This document shows positions 15,549-27,251 of a stretch of DNA of 32,000 bases, in pieces. The notes beneath the pieces were generated by a model. That model had not been told where the DNA came from. It did not search any database and was given only the letters and a program-made list of their open reading frames with translations. The position numbers and the translations under genes were made by a program. Source of the stretch: Propionibacterium ruminifibrarum (GTDB lineage: Bacteria > Actinomycetota > Actinomycetes > Propionibacteriales > Propionibacteriaceae); NCBI RefSeq assembly GCF_900289195.1, contig NZ_OMOH01000002.1, forward strand, positions 181,206 through 213,205. Direction: 5' to 3'. Position 1 is the first letter of the stretch; each line of letters starts with the position of its first letter.

Positions 15549-15620
15549 GGCACCATCGTGCCATCTTCACCGGCCCGCCAGTGACAGCCGGAACCCATCG
15601 GCGCCCCTCGCCCGTTATGG

Positions 15621-16733
15621 TTGGTGGGCATGAGGCACGGACCCGCGATCGGTGTGCGCGTCACCGACTTCGTGACACGCCGGATCGGCGCGGTGCTGCG
15701 CCGCCGCGGCTGGCGGGAGAAGCCGGTTCCGTTCGTCGGCTACGGCACCGAGGAGCGCATCCGCGTGCTGGGACGCCTCGTCCTGAGCCCCGCCGACGAC
15801 AAGCGGCTCCCCTCCCACGCCGCGGCCTGGCTGCACCGCCGCGGCTGGCGCAACTTCCTGGCCCTGCCGGCGCCCCACCGCCCCGTCCGGCTCACCGTCG
15901 GCTCGCGGACGCTGATCCTGCGCACAGACCGGCGCGGCTACGTCGACCTGACGGTGACCGCCCGGCTCGAACCCGGCTGGCACCGGCTGCGGCTGAGCGC
16001 CGCCAACGGTTCGACCACCGAGGTGCCGGTACAGGTCATCGCCGCCGACACCGCCTTCGGCATCATCTCAGACATCGACGACACGATCATCACCACGTGG
16101 CTGCCCCGCCTGTTCCTGGCGGCCTGGAACAGTTTCTTCCAGCTCGAGGGCAACCGTCAGGCGGTTCCGGGGATGGCACGCATGTACCAGCGGCTGCTGG
16201 CCGAGCACCCGGGGGCGCCGATCTTCTACGTCTCGACCGGCACGTGGACCTCGATCCACTTCCTCAACCGGTTCATGACCCGCCACGGCTACCCGCGCGG
16301 CGCGATGCTGCTCACCGACTGGGGGCCCACGACGACGGCGTGGATGCGTTCGGGCACCGACCACAAGCGCGACGCGATGGCGAGGCTGGCCCGGGACTTC
16401 CCCCGCATCGGCTGGGTGATGATCGGCGACGACGGACAGCACGACCCGGAGCTGTACGAGGAGTTCGCGCAGAATCACCCGGGCAGGGTGCGCGCCGTGG
16501 TGCTGCGCACCCTGAGCCCGACCGAGCAGATCCTCGCCCACAGCACCGTGCCACTGGTGGCCGAGCCGCACCGCGCCAGGCACCCGCGCCGGGTGCCCTC
16601 GCTGCGCGGGGCCGACGGCGACGACCTGTGGCCCGCCCTGGCCGACGTCCTGGGCATCGAAACCGAGCAGCCGCCCAGGCGCCGCCGGGCACCCCGCCAC
16701 CGACGGGGACCTGGTTCCCTTGCAATGCCCTGA
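15621..16733 (+). CDS. App1-like phosphatidate phosphatase family protein (DUF2183, HAD-like DxDxT)
   Basis: ORF 15621..16733 (alternative ATG at 15630). Contains FGIISDIDDTIITT (DxDxT) and MIGDDGQHDPELYEEFAQNHPGRVRAVVLR, typical of the bacterial App1/DUF2183 family. Confidence 0.75.
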   Translation: MVGMRHGPAIGVRVTDFVTRRIGAVLRRRGWREKPVPFVGYGTEERIRVLGRLVLSPADDKRLPSHAAAWLHRRGWRNFLALPAPHRPVRLTVGSRTLILRTDRRGYVDLTVTARLEPGWHRLRLSAANGSTTEVPVQVIAADTAFGIISDIDDTIITTWLPRLFLAAWNSFFQLEGNRQAVPGMARMYQRLLAEHPGAPIFYVSTGTWTSIHFLNRFMTRHGYPRGAMLLTDWGPTTTAWMRSGTDHKRDAMARLARDFPRIGWVMIGDDGQHDPELYEEFAQNHPGRVRAVVLRTLSPTEQILAHSTVPLVAEPHRARHPRRVPSLRGADGDDLWPALADVLGIETEQPPRRRRAPRHRRGPGSLAMP

Positions 16734-16787
16734 CCACACCCGGCATGCTGAGGGAAGTCTGACAATCGACCAATGGAGGTCCTCGCC

Positions 16788-17798
16788 ATGGCGCGCGCCA
16801 TCGTCATCCGTTCCAATCCCGCCTACGAGCGTGGCAGCGATCAGCCCGTCAACACCGCGGCCATCGAGGAGGTCGACGAGGCCTTCCTCGGTGACGACCC
16901 CGTTCTCGTCGAGGTCAGCCACTCGAGCATCAACTACAAGGACGCCATGGCCCTCACCGGCCTGCCGGGTATCGTCCGCAAGACCCCGCTCATCGGCGGC
17001 ATCGACCTGGTCGGCACCGTCAAGGAGTCGGCCGACCCGAACTGGAAACCCGGCGACCAGGTCATCCTCAACGGCATCGGCATGTCGGAGAGCCGCAACG
17101 GCGCCTTCAGCGAGCTGGCACGCGTACCCGGTGACCGTCTCGTGGCGCTGCCCGAGTCCATGACGGCGGCCCGCGCCGCCGCGATCGGCACCGCCGGCTA
17201 CACGGCCGCCCTGTGCGTTCTGCGGCTGGGGCACGCCGGGCTGGAGACCACGCAGGACAGGCCCGTGCTCGTCACGGGCGCGACCGGCGGTGTCGGTTCG
17301 GTCGCGACCCTGCTGCTGGCCGCAGCCGGACACCACGTCGCCGCCCTCACCGGCCGTCCCGGGGAACTGGGCGGCTACCTGCACGAGCTGGGCGCCGAGC
17401 AGATCATCGACCGCGCCGAGCTGCTCGACGCCAAGGGCGCCCTGCAGAAGCAGCGCTGGTCCGGTGTCATCGACACGGTCGGCGGTGAGGTGCTCGTCAA
17501 TGCGCTGGCGCAGACCGTCTACTCCGGCACCGTCGCGGCCTGCGGCCTGGCCGGCTCGCCCAAGTTGCCCGGTACCGTCATGCCGTTCATCCTGCGCAAC
17601 GTGACCCTGGCCGGTGTGGACTCGGTCGAGGCGCCCGTCGAGGCGCGTCGGGAGGCCTGGGCGCTGCTCGCCGAGCTGCCCGGTGAACGCATCGACGCGA
17701 TCTCCAGCACGGTGCCGCTGTCCGGGGCATTCCAGGCGGCCAAGGACCTCATGGGGCATCGCCTGCACGGCCGCGTGGTCGTCGACGTCCGCGCCTGA
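16788..17798 (+). CDS. acuI: MDR-family NADPH-dependent oxidoreductase, YhdH/AcuI (acrylyl-CoA reductase) subgroup
   Basis: Within ORF 16773..17798. ATG 16788 (MARAIVIRS...) has GGAGG 8 nt upstream. Contains SSINYKDAMALTG, PLIGGIDLVGTV, VLVTGATGGVGSVA, WSGVIDTVGG, VAACGLAGS and VMPFILRNVTLAGVDSV, matching the YhdH/AcuI pattern closely. Confidence 0.85.
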   Translation: MARAIVIRSNPAYERGSDQPVNTAAIEEVDEAFLGDDPVLVEVSHSSINYKDAMALTGLPGIVRKTPLIGGIDLVGTVKESADPNWKPGDQVILNGIGMSESRNGAFSELARVPGDRLVALPESMTAARAAAIGTAGYTAALCVLRLGHAGLETTQDRPVLVTGATGGVGSVATLLLAAAGHHVAALTGRPGELGGYLHELGAEQIIDRAELLDAKGALQKQRWSGVIDTVGGEVLVNALAQTVYSGTVAACGLAGSPKLPGTVMPFILRNVTLAGVDSVEAPVEARREAWALLAELPGERIDAISSTVPLSGAFQAAKDLMGHRLHGRVVVDVRA

Positions 17799-17814
17799 AC
17801 GGCGGTGCGGCCGA

Positions 17815-17850
17815 GGGCCGGTGGCAGTTCATCCGGGCTGCCGCCGGCCC
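17815..17850 (+). terminator. Stem-loop 17 nt after the acuI stop
   Basis: GGGCCGGTGGCAG (17815..17827) pairs with CTGCCGCCGGCCC (17838..17850). That gives 13 bp including one G-U pair, with a 10-nt loop. No U-tract. Confidence 0.4.
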
Positions 17851-17925
17851 TGCGGCGTCCCCGGCGTCGATCGGGGCCGGCACGGCGTGGAATAGTTCTC
17901 CTCGCCGGCTTGATGCCGGACAATC

Positions 17926-20421
17926 ATGGCTGGCCCACAGTCAGGAGCAGATCAGCAGATGGCACGCACCACCACGCCCGTCGAGGACGACTTCACCGAA
18001 CGCATCATCGACGTCGACGTCTCGAACGAGATGGAGTCCTCCTTCCTCGAGTACGCCTACTCGGTCATCTACGCACGGGCCCTGCCCGACGCCCGCGACG
18101 GACTGAAGCCCGTGCAGCGCCGCATCCTGTACGGCATGAGCCAGCAGCGGCTCCTGCCCGACCATGCGTTCGTCAAGTGCGCCCGCGTCGTCGGGGACGT
18201 CATGGGCAAGCTGCACCCGCACGGCGACTCGGCCATCTACGACGCCCTCGTCCGCATGGGCCAGGACTGGTCGATGCGTCTCAAGCTCGTCGACGGGCAC
18301 GGCAACTTCGGTTCGCCCGACGCCGGGCCAGCCGCCATGCGCTACACCGAGTGCCGGATGGCCCCGGCGGCGCTCCCGATGATCGACGGTCTGGACGAGG
18401 ACACCGTCGACTTCCGGCCCAACTACGACGGCAAGGAGACCGAGCCGGCCGTCCTGCCGGCGGCCTTCCCGAACCTGCTCGTCAACGGCGCGACGGGGAT
18501 CGCCGTCGGCATGGCCACGAACATGCCCTCGCACAATCTCGTCGAGGTCGTCCAGGCGCTCAAGCACCTGTTGAGCCATCCCGACGCCGACCTCGACGAG
18601 CTGATGCGCTTCATCCCCGGCCCGGACTTCCCCACCGGCGGGAAGATCGTCGGGATGGACGGCATCCGGGACGCCTACGCCACCGGACGGGGCAGCTTCA
18701 AGACCCGCGCCACGGCCCGGATCGAGCAGGTCAGCCCCAGACGACGCGGCATCGTCATCACCGAGCTGCCGTTCGCGGTCGGCCCCGAGAAGATCATCGA
18801 GCAGATCAAGCACCTGGTGCAGGGCAAGAAGATCACCGGCATCTCCGACGTGAAGGACCTGACCGACCTGACCAACGGCCTGCGCCTGGTGATCGAGGTC
18901 AAGAACGGCATCAACCCCGAGGCCCTGCTCGCTCAGCTGTACAAGCACACGAAGCTCGAGGACTCCTTCGGCATCAACAATGTGGCGCTCGTCGACGGGC
19001 AGCCGCGCACCCTCGGCCTCAAGGAGCTGCTGCAGGTCTACCTGGACCACCGCCTCGAGGTCGGCCTGCGCCGCGCCAGTTTCCAGCTCAACAAGGCCCA
19101 GGAGCGCCTGCACCTGGTCGAGGGCCTGCTGCTGGCAATGATCGACATCGACGACGTCATCGCGATCATCCGATCCTCGGACGACGCGAACCAGGCCCGC
19201 GAACGCCTCATGTCGGCGTTCGAGCTCGACGAGGTGCAGGCCAACTACATCCTCGACATGCAGCTGCGCCGCCTCACCAGGCTCAGCCGCATCGAGCTGG
19301 AGGCCGAACGCGACGAGCTGAGGCGCCGCATCGCCGAGCTCACCGAGATCATTGAGAACCCCGAACGGCTGAACGACCTCGTCGCCGCCCAGCTCACCGA
19401 GATCGCGGAGCAGTACGGCACGCCGCGCCGCACGGTGCTGCTCGAGGGCTCGGGCGCCGTCCTGCCGGCGGCCACCGAGCCGCTGGAGATCCCCGACGGC
19501 CCGTGCTGGGTGATGCTCGGCTCCGCCGGCCTGGTCGCCCGCATGAACCGGCCGGCCGACGCCGCCGACCCCGGCGTGCTGCCCGCCGAGGGGCCGCGCG
19601 GGCGCCATGACGTCGTCGTCTCGGCGATCGCGACGACCACGCACGCCGAGTTCGGGGTCGTCACCAACCGGGGCCGGCTGGTCAGGGCGCGCGTCCTCGA
19701 CCTGCCCGAGACCGTGCAGACGGCCAACGCCCCCAACCTGCGCGGCGGCAGCAGGCTCACCGAGCTCATCGCCCTCGACCGCGGGGAGCGGCCCCTCGCC
19801 CTGACCACGCTCGATCCGCAGGGGCCGGGCCTGGCGGTCGGCACCCGCCGCGGCGTGGTCAAGCGGGTCAACCCCGAGGTGCTCTCCCGCGACGCGTGGG
19901 AGATCATCCGGCTCGATGACGGCGACGAACTCGTCGGCGCGCTGCAGCTCGTCGCCGAGGACGACGACCTGGTGTTCGTCACCTCGGACGCGCAGCTGCT
20001 GCACTTCCCCGCCTCGCTCGTGCGCCCGCAGGGCCGTGGTGGCGGCGGCGTGGCCGGCATCCGACTCGGCGCGGACGCCCAGGCCATCTGGTTCGGCGCC
20101 TCCCCGACGACCGGCGCCGTGGTCGTGACCGTGTCGGGTTCCTCGCAGGCCCTGCCGGGCACCCAGGCCGGCAGTGTCAAACTCACCGACTTCGACGAGT
20201 ACCCGTCGAAGGGCCGGGCCACCGCCGGGGTGCGCTGCCATCGCTTCCTGAAGGGCGAGGACGCCCTGACACTGGCCTGGGTGGGTCCTGCCCCCGCCGT
20301 CGCGGCGGCGGCCAGCGGTTCGGCCGTGGACCTGCCTCCGGCAACCGGGAAGCGGGACGGCTCGGGCACCCCCCTCGCCCAGCCCGTCGCGGCGGTCAGC
20401 TCCCGCGTCATGCCGCACTGA
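17926..20421 (+). CDS. parC: Type IIA topoisomerase subunit A, topoisomerase IV ParC-type
   Basis: ORF 17926..20421 (alternative ATG at 17959). Contains [34 protein letters not shown] and the active-site [10 protein letters not shown] (catalytic Tyr), plus a beta-pinwheel C-terminal domain with [16 protein letters not shown] find no GyrA-box (QRRGGKG-type) at the first blade. The gene sits in the sigA neighbourhood, as the actinomycete parC/parE genes do. Confidence 0.9.
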   Translation: MAGPQSGADQQMARTTTPVEDDFTERIIDVDVSNEMESSFLEYAYSVIYARALPDARDGLKPVQRRILYGMSQQRLLPDHAFVKCARVVGDVMGKLHPHGDSAIYDALVRMGQDWSMRLKLVDGHGNFGSPDAGPAAMRYTECRMAPAALPMIDGLDEDTVDFRPNYDGKETEPAVLPAAFPNLLVNGATGIAVGMATNMPSHNLVEVVQALKHLLSHPDADLDELMRFIPGPDFPTGGKIVGMDGIRDAYATGRGSFKTRATARIEQVSPRRRGIVITELPFAVGPEKIIEQIKHLVQGKKITGISDVKDLTDLTNGLRLVIEVKNGINPEALLAQLYKHTKLEDSFGINNVALVDGQPRTLGLKELLQVYLDHRLEVGLRRASFQLNKAQERLHLVEGLLLAMIDIDDVIAIIRSSDDANQARERLMSAFELDEVQANYILDMQLRRLTRLSRIELEAERDELRRRIAELTEIIENPERLNDLVAAQLTEIAEQYGTPRRTVLLEGSGAVLPAATEPLEIPDGPCWVMLGSAGLVARMNRPADAADPGVLPAEGPRGRHDVVVSAIATTTHAEFGVVTNRGRLVRARVLDLPETVQTANAPNLRGGSRLTELIALDRGERPLALTTLDPQGPGLAVGTRRGVVKRVNPEVLSRDAWEIIRLDDGDELVGALQLVAEDDDLVFVTSDAQLLHFPASLVRPQGRGGGGVAGIRLGADAQAIWFGASPTTGAVVVTVSGSSQALPGTQAGSVKLTDFDEYPSKGRATAGVRCHRFLKGEDALTLAWVGPAPAVAAAASGSAVDLPPATGKRDGSGTPLAQPVAAVSSRVMPH

Positions 20422-20508
20422 ACCCGCTCCGGGTCACCCTGTCTGCTCTGCGAACCATGCCGCGCGGACCGCGGGCACGGTCTCTGGCTGGGCAATGGCA
20501 TGCACGCC

Positions 20509-20544
20509 CTGCGGTTCTCGTGCGTCTTTCCACGAGAACCGCAG
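20509..20544 (+). terminator. Perfect 14-bp stem-loop between parC and panE
   Basis: CTGCGGTTCTCGTG (20509..20522), loop CGTCTTTC, CACGAGAACCGCAG (20531..20544). It lies 88 nt after the parC stop. No U-tract follows. Confidence 0.45.
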
Positions 20545-20592
20545 GATTGCTGGTGTGGCCGATCGACGGGCGGCGCCGGGCCGCGCTGCCCG

Positions 20593-20598
20593 TAGACT
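20593..20598 (+). promoter_or_regulatory. -10-like hexamer TAGACT placed for a leaderless panE transcript
   Basis: TAGACT (matching TANNNT) is followed by 7 nt (CGGTCCC) and then ATG at 20606. There is no Shine-Dalgarno sequence and no convincing -35. Confidence 0.3.
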
Positions 20599-20605
20599 CG
20601 GTCCC

Positions 20606-21520
20606 ATGAGGTTCGCCGTCATCGGAGCCGGCGGCGTGGGCGGTTTTCTCGGCGGACGGCTGGCCCGCGCCGGGCATGACGTGTCCATCGTCGCCCGGGG
20701 CCGCACCCTTGAGACGCTGCGTTCGGACGGGCTGCGGCTGACCGGCGACGAGGAGTTCACCGTCCCGGTCATCGCCACCGCGGACCCGGCCGCGATCGGC
20801 CCCGTCGACTACGTGCTCAGCTGCGTCAAGGCCACCCAGATCACCGAGGCGCTGGCCACCGCCAGCCCCCTCGTCGGCCCCGGCACGGCCGTCGTCACCA
20901 CGCAGAACGGCGTGGACGGCCCGCGTCTGACCGCATCCGCCGTCGGTGCCGGGCACACGCTCCCCGGCGTCATGAAGATCTTCGCGATGATCGAACGGCC
21001 AGGCGTCATCGCCCGCCGCGGCGGCCCCGGGACGCTTGAGGTCGGCGAGTGGGACAACACCGGCACCGCCCGCGTCCGCGCCCTGCGCGAGGCGCTGGAG
21101 GGCGCCGGCGTCGGCTCCCCCGCCCCGGACGACATCTGGGCCGTGCTGTGGCGCAAGGCCATGATGGTGATCCCGCTCGGCGAGCTGGGCGCCATCACCG
21201 GGCTGACGCTCGGCCGGCTGCTCGACCGGCCCCAGCTGGCCGACCTGTGGCGGCGCGCCACCGCCGAGATCGCCGCCGTCGCACGGGCGCAGGGCGTCGA
21301 CGTGGGCGAGGACGCGGTCGACGAGGTCATGGCCTTCAACGCCCAGCAGCCCGCCGACAGCACGGCATCGCTGTGCCGCGACCTGATGGCCGGGCGTCCC
21401 AGCGAGCTCGACGCGCAGACCGGGGCGATCGTCCGGCTCGCCCGCGAGGCCTCGGTGCCCGTCCCCCTGCACGACCTCATGTACGAGGTGCTGCGCCTGG
21501 GCCGGGCGCAGGCCCGCTGA
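20606..21520 (+). CDS. panE: 2-dehydropantoate 2-reductase (ketopantoate reductase, PanE/ApbA family)
   Basis: Within ORF 20495..21520, with start at ATG 20606 (MRFAVIGAGGVGGFLGGRLARAGHDVSIVARG), a Rossmann motif GxGxxGG. It also has VKATQ, TTQNG and the C-terminal ApbA_C-type SLCRDLMAGRPSELDAQTGAIVRLA. Confidence 0.8.
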   Translation: MRFAVIGAGGVGGFLGGRLARAGHDVSIVARGRTLETLRSDGLRLTGDEEFTVPVIATADPAAIGPVDYVLSCVKATQITEALATASPLVGPGTAVVTTQNGVDGPRLTASAVGAGHTLPGVMKIFAMIERPGVIARRGGPGTLEVGEWDNTGTARVRALREALEGAGVGSPAPDDIWAVLWRKAMMVIPLGELGAITGLTLGRLLDRPQLADLWRRATAEIAAVARAQGVDVGEDAVDEVMAFNAQQPADSTASLCRDLMAGRPSELDAQTGAIVRLAREASVPVPLHDLMYEVLRLGRAQAR

Positions 21521-22888
21521 TCAGTCCCGCGCGGCCCCGGCCGTCACCTTCGGCACCTTGGCCAGGAGGACCAGCAGGCCGGCGGCGAGTACGACGGCGA
21601 TGCCGACGATGCCGAAGTACTGGGTGTTCTCGGCCCCGGTGAGGCGGGCACCGAGACCGACGCACAGGCCGAACATGAGCGGGGCCAGCGGCGAGGCGAC
21701 GCGGCCGGTCGTCGCGTAGAGTCCGAAGATCTCGCCGCTGCTGCCCGGCGGGATGATGCGGGCCAGATAGCTGCGCGAGGCCGCCTGCGCCGGGCCGACG
21801 AAGACGCACAGCGCCAGGCCGAGCACCCAGAAGACGGTGCTGCCCCCCGAGTGCAGGACGAACACCGTGGTGGCCAGGGCGACGAGCATGACGAGCGAGC
21901 CGACGATGACCGCCCTGGGCCCGACCCGGTCGTCGAGACGGCCGGAGCAGATCGTGGCGACACCGGCGATGACATTCGCGGCCGCACCGAAGACCACGAC
22001 CTGCCCGGCACTGAAACCGAAGGTGTTGCGGGCCAGCGCACCGCCGTAGGTGAAGATGCCCGTCAGGCCGTCGCGGAACAGGGCCGAGGCCAGCAGGAAC
22101 CAGACGACGCGGCGGTCGTGGCGCCACAGCCGCACGATGGTGGCGAGCAGGGCCCGGTAGCTGTCCAGCACGCCGAGCCGGCTGCCGCGCGGCGCCGGGT
22201 CGTCCCTCAGCACGAGGAAGGTCGGGATGGTGAAGACGAGCGTCCACGCCCCGCACAGGAGCATGGCGGTGCGCACCGCCATGCCGTGCTCGGCGGTGAC
22301 GCCGAACAGGCCGACGTCGGGTGCGATGAAGCCGACGTAGATGATCATGAGCGCGAAGATGCCGCCGAGATAGCCCATGCCCCAGCCCAGGCCCGAGACG
22401 CGCCCGACGTTCCGGGGCGTCGAGACGCGGTCGAGGACGCCGTTGTAGACCGAGCCGGCGACCTCGGATGCGACCGTGCCCAGGCCCAGCATGACGAAAC
22501 CCGCCCACAGGTAGGCGGGCTCGTCGGCGATGAGGAACAGGGCGGCGTTGATGAGCGCCACGGCCCAGGTGAGGACGCGCAGGGTGCTCATCGTCCGGCC
22601 GGTGCGGTCGGTGTTCTGGCCCAGCACGGGGGCGATGAGGGCGATCGTGACGGAGGCGACCGTCATGCAGACCGACTGCACGTAGGCGGTGTGGTTGGCC
22701 GAGCCGAACGAGGGGCCGACCAGGTAGACGGAGAAGACGAAGGTCGTGACGACCGTGTTCCACGGCTGGGTGCCCCAGTCCCACAGGGCCCAGGCCAGCA
22801 CGCGGGTGCGCGAGGCGGCACCGGGCGGTGCGGGAGCGGCCGGGGGCGCGGCGGGCCTGGACGGGGGCGGCGTACTGGCTGAGCTCAC
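21521..22888 (-). CDS. MFS transporter, UMF1/Atg22-like family
   Basis: ORF 21521..22888 with a GTG start; a later in-frame GTG is possible. A Pro/Ala-rich N-terminus is followed by LAWALWDWGTQPWNTVVTTFVFSVYL (the UMF1-type opening motif) and about 12 hydrophobic helices. Confidence 0.8.
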   Translation of the reverse strand: MSSASTPPPSRPAAPPAAPAPPGAASRTRVLAWALWDWGTQPWNTVVTTFVFSVYLVGPSFGSANHTAYVQSVCMTVASVTIALIAPVLGQNTDRTGRTMSTLRVLTWAVALINAALFLIADEPAYLWAGFVMLGLGTVASEVAGSVYNGVLDRVSTPRNVGRVSGLGWGMGYLGGIFALMIIYVGFIAPDVGLFGVTAEHGMAVRTAMLLCGAWTLVFTIPTFLVLRDDPAPRGSRLGVLDSYRALLATIVRLWRHDRRVVWFLLASALFRDGLTGIFTYGGALARNTFGFSAGQVVVFGAAANVIAGVATICSGRLDDRVGPRAVIVGSLVMLVALATTVFVLHSGGSTVFWVLGLALCVFVGPAQAASRSYLARIIPPGSSGEIFGLYATTGRVASPLAPLMFGLCVGLGARLTGAENTQYFGIVGIAVVLAAGLLVLLAKVPKVTAGAARD

Positions 22889-22949
22889 CGCCCCAGGCTA
22901 CGGGCAGGACCGGCGGCCGGGCGGGTGTCCCGGCGGCCGGACACCGGGC

Positions 22950-25031
<2,082 letters not shown>

Positions 25032-25117
25032 CGTGGTTGACACGAGCGAAACTTTATCGGCGGGCACCAACAATCCCGGTGAGCGGCAGGCCCGCCGGCG
25101 CCGGTTCGCCGCAAACG

Positions 25118-25170
25118 GCACGCCTGTTGTGCGCGGCGCGTACTGTGGTGAACGTGAGCACGCCTGTTGT
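25118..25170. repeat. Exact 13-bp direct repeat GCACGCCTGTTGT (two copies, 40-bp period) in the parE / small-CxxC-gene divergent region
   Basis: The copies lie at 25118..25130 and 25158..25170. The second lies inside the first codons of the small gene (STPVV). Confidence 0.7.
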
Positions 25171-25354
25171 TGAGAACACCCGACTGACCGCAGCCGACCG
25201 CTGCGACCGATGCGGTGCCCAGGCCCACCTGCGGGTGAGCCTCGCGAGCGGCGGCACGCTTCTGTTCTGCGCGCATCATGCCCGCGCGCACGCCGAGAAG
25301 ATCAAGGAGGTCGCCGTCCGTCTCGAGGGCGACACCTCCCTTCTCGGCAGCTGA
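25145..25354 (+). CDS. Small conserved actinobacterial CxxC/CxHH protein (DUF7455-like)
   Basis: This is the C-terminal part of ORF 25037..25354. The conserved core is LTAADRCDRCGAQAHLRVSLASGGTLLFCAHHARAHAEKIKE. The start is ambiguous among GTG 25145, 25148 and 25154. TACTGT at 25141..25146 followed by 7 nt would fit a leaderless GTG at 25154. Confidence 0.6.
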   Translation: MVNVSTPVVENTRLTAADRCDRCGAQAHLRVSLASGGTLLFCAHHARAHAEKIKEVAVRLEGDTSLLGS

Positions 25355-25428
25355 CCGCCCGAGGTCCGCTGGGGCAGACAGCACCGATTCGTCCGCGAGG
25401 CGCACGCGGCGCCGACCAGCGCCCGGCC

Positions 25429-25474
25429 GACGCCGGTGGGCCGCCCGGTAGGAACTGCCCGGCGGTGCGGCGTC
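25429..25474. terminator. Two-part stem-loop abutting the sigA stop codon, between convergent genes
   Basis: The outer stem GACGCCG/CGGCGTC (7 bp) and the inner stem GGCGG/CCGCC-type (5 bp) are separated by small internal loops. This is a weak, imperfect structure. Confidence 0.3.
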
Positions 25475-25477
25475 CGA

Positions 25478-26875
25478 TCAGTCCAGGTAGTCGCGCAGCA
25501 CCTGGGAACGGCTGGGATGCCGCAGCTTGCTCATGGTCTTGGACTCGATCTGGCGGATGCGCTCGCGCGTCACGCCGTAGACCTTGCCGATCTCGTCGAG
25601 GGTCTTGGGCTGGCCGTCGGTCAGGCCGAAACGCATCGAGACGACACCGGCCTCACGCTCGGAGAGAGTGTCGAGCACGTCGTGCAGCTGCTCCTGCAGG
25701 AGCGTGAAGTTCACGGCGTCGGCCGGGACGATGGCCTCCGAGTCCTCGATGAGGTCACCGAACTCCGAGTCGCCGTCCTCGCCGAGCGGGGTGTGCAGGC
25801 TGATCGGCTCACGACCGTACTTCTGCACCTCGATGACCTTCTCGGGGGTCATGTCGAGTTCGACGGCGAGCTCCTCGGGTGTGGGCTCGCGCCCGAGGTC
25901 CTGCAGCATCTGGCGCTGGACCCGGGCGAGCTTGTTGATGACCTCGACCATGTGGACGGGGATGCGGATGGTGCGGGCCTGGTCGGCCATGGCGCGGGTG
26001 ATGGCCTGCTTGATCCACCAGGTTGCGTAGGTGCTGAACTTGTAGCCCTTGGTGTAGTCGAACTTCTCGACCGCGCGGATCAGGCCGAGGTTGCCCTCCT
26101 GGATGAGGTCGAGGAAGAGCATGCCGCGGCCGGTGTACCGCTTGGCCAGTGAGACGACCAGACGCAGGTTGGCCTCGAGCAGGTGGTTCTTGGCGCGGTG
26201 CCCGTCCTCGGCGATCCACTCGAAGTCCTCGATGTCGCTGGCCTTGATCTTCTCGCGGTGCTGGGCGAGCTGCTCGTCCGCGAAGAGACCTGCCTCGATG
26301 CGCTTGGCCAGGTCGACCTCCTGGGCGGCGTTCAGCAGGGCGACCTTGCCGATCTGCTTGAGGTAGTCCTTGACCGGGTCGGCCGTGGCGCCGGCGACGG
26401 TCACCTGCTGCTCGGGCTCATCGGCATCGTCCTGGTCGGACAGGCTGAAGCCGGTGTCCTCGTTGATCTCGGCCTCGTCCTTCTCGGCCTCCTTGTGGTC
26501 GAACGCCGACTCGTCGACGTCGTCGAGGCTGCGTTTCTTGCCGCCGGCGCGCACCACGATGTCATCGCCGTCCCGTTCGAAGGTGACCTCGATGCCATCG
26601 GCCTCGGCGGTTCCCGCGGTCTTTCCGGCCATGACCTGCGTCAGGGCCGCCTTGTTCGTCGTGTTCTTGGCGGCCGTCCGTGTCTTCTTGGTGTTCTGGG
26701 CGGTGCCCTTCTTCGCTGTCGACGCGGAGCTGCGGGTGGTCTTCTTCGCGGCGCGCTGGCCTGCTGTGGTCTTGACGGTGGTGCTCTTGGAGCGGGTACG
26801 AGTCGTCGTCTTCTCGGCCGATACGGCGTCGGCATCTACGGAGGTCTGGGCCGGGTTCTTGGTACGAGCCGTCAC
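25478..26875 (-). CDS. sigA: Principal (group 1) RNA polymerase sigma factor, SigA/HrdB/RpoD
   Basis: ORF 25478..26875 with a GTG start and GGAAAGG upstream. A long Lys/Thr/Ala-rich N-terminal region is followed by [18 protein letters not shown], region 2 ([58 protein letters not shown]), region 3, and region 4.2 ([41 protein letters not shown]). Confidence 0.95.
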   Translation of the reverse strand: MTARTKNPAQTSVDADAVSAEKTTTRTRSKSTTVKTTAGQRAAKKTTRSSASTAKKGTAQNTKKTRTAAKNTTNKAALTQVMAGKTAGTAEADGIEVTFERDGDDIVVRAGGKKRSLDDVDESAFDHKEAEKDEAEINEDTGFSLSDQDDADEPEQQVTVAGATADPVKDYLKQIGKVALLNAAQEVDLAKRIEAGLFADEQLAQHREKIKASDIEDFEWIAEDGHRAKNHLLEANLRLVVSLAKRYTGRGMLFLDLIQEGNLGLIRAVEKFDYTKGYKFSTYATWWIKQAITRAMADQARTIRIPVHMVEVINKLARVQRQMLQDLGREPTPEELAVELDMTPEKVIEVQKYGREPISLHTPLGEDGDSEFGDLIEDSEAIVPADAVNFTLLQEQLHDVLDTLSEREAGVVSMRFGLTDGQPKTLDEIGKVYGVTRERIRQIESKTMSKLRHPSRSQVLRDYLD

Positions 26876-27196
26876 GGGGGACCTTTCCAGCTAGTGAAGC
26901 GTTCGACGAGCCCGGAATGGACCCGGGTTCAGGGCGTACTCAGGGCTGTGCGCGTCAAGAGGACGTCATCTCCAAGTGTGACACCCGGCAACAAATGGCA
27001 GCGGCCGAACTCCCGCCGATGAGATGCTTTAGTGTTCTACCATTCGGCCGATGACGCCGCCCGGGCACGGGACCACCCGCGCCCGACCGGGCCAGAACAC
27101 CTGAGACCGGCGTCGGGGCCGCCGCCCTCGGGGCATCAGACCGTGGTTGCACGATTACCCGCGGTTGCGCCTCTTTTCAACTTTTCACTGGCAACC

Positions 27197-27220
27197 GGAA
27201 TGGTTTTCGCCTCTCGCGTT
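27197..27220 (+). promoter_or_regulatory. ECF-type (SigE/SigH/SigR-like) promoter motif GGAAT-N16-GTT upstream of the SigB-like gene
   Basis: GGAAT at 27197..27201, a 16-nt spacer, then (C)GTT at 27217..27220. The motif ends 10 nt before ATG 27231 and 31 nt before ATG 27252. The inverted repeat CGGTTGC (27162..27168) / GCAACCG (27191..27197) abuts the -35. This is a pattern match only. Confidence 0.35.
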
Positions 27221-27251
27221 GTTAGACACTATGGACGACGGAAGGGAACCG

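Noticed and set aside
15581-16762. A 393-aa plus-strand ORF in an alternative frame over the App1-like gene
   Set aside because: The translation is extremely Arg/Pro/Ala/His-rich. The 15621 frame contains the DxDxT and GDxGQxDPE motifs.
16068-17768. A 566-aa minus-strand ORF covering the App1-like and acuI genes
   Set aside because: It spans two well-supported plus-strand genes and their intergenic gap. Its composition is Gly/Arg/Asp/Ala-rich with no domain signature.
17941-20418. An 825-aa ORF on the minus strand spanning the whole of parC
   Set aside because: This is a shadow ORF typical of very high-G+C DNA. Its product is Arg/Gly/Ala/Asp-rich low-complexity sequence with no recognisable motif. 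The plus strand encodes an unmistakable type IIA topoisomerase A subunit with G/C-rich third positions.
26930-26958. A TTGACG -35-like hexamer (26958..26953, minus strand) as the sigA promoter
   Set aside because: No TANNNT -10 hexamer lies 16-19 nt downstream of it, so I could not support a promoter call for sigA from sequence alone.
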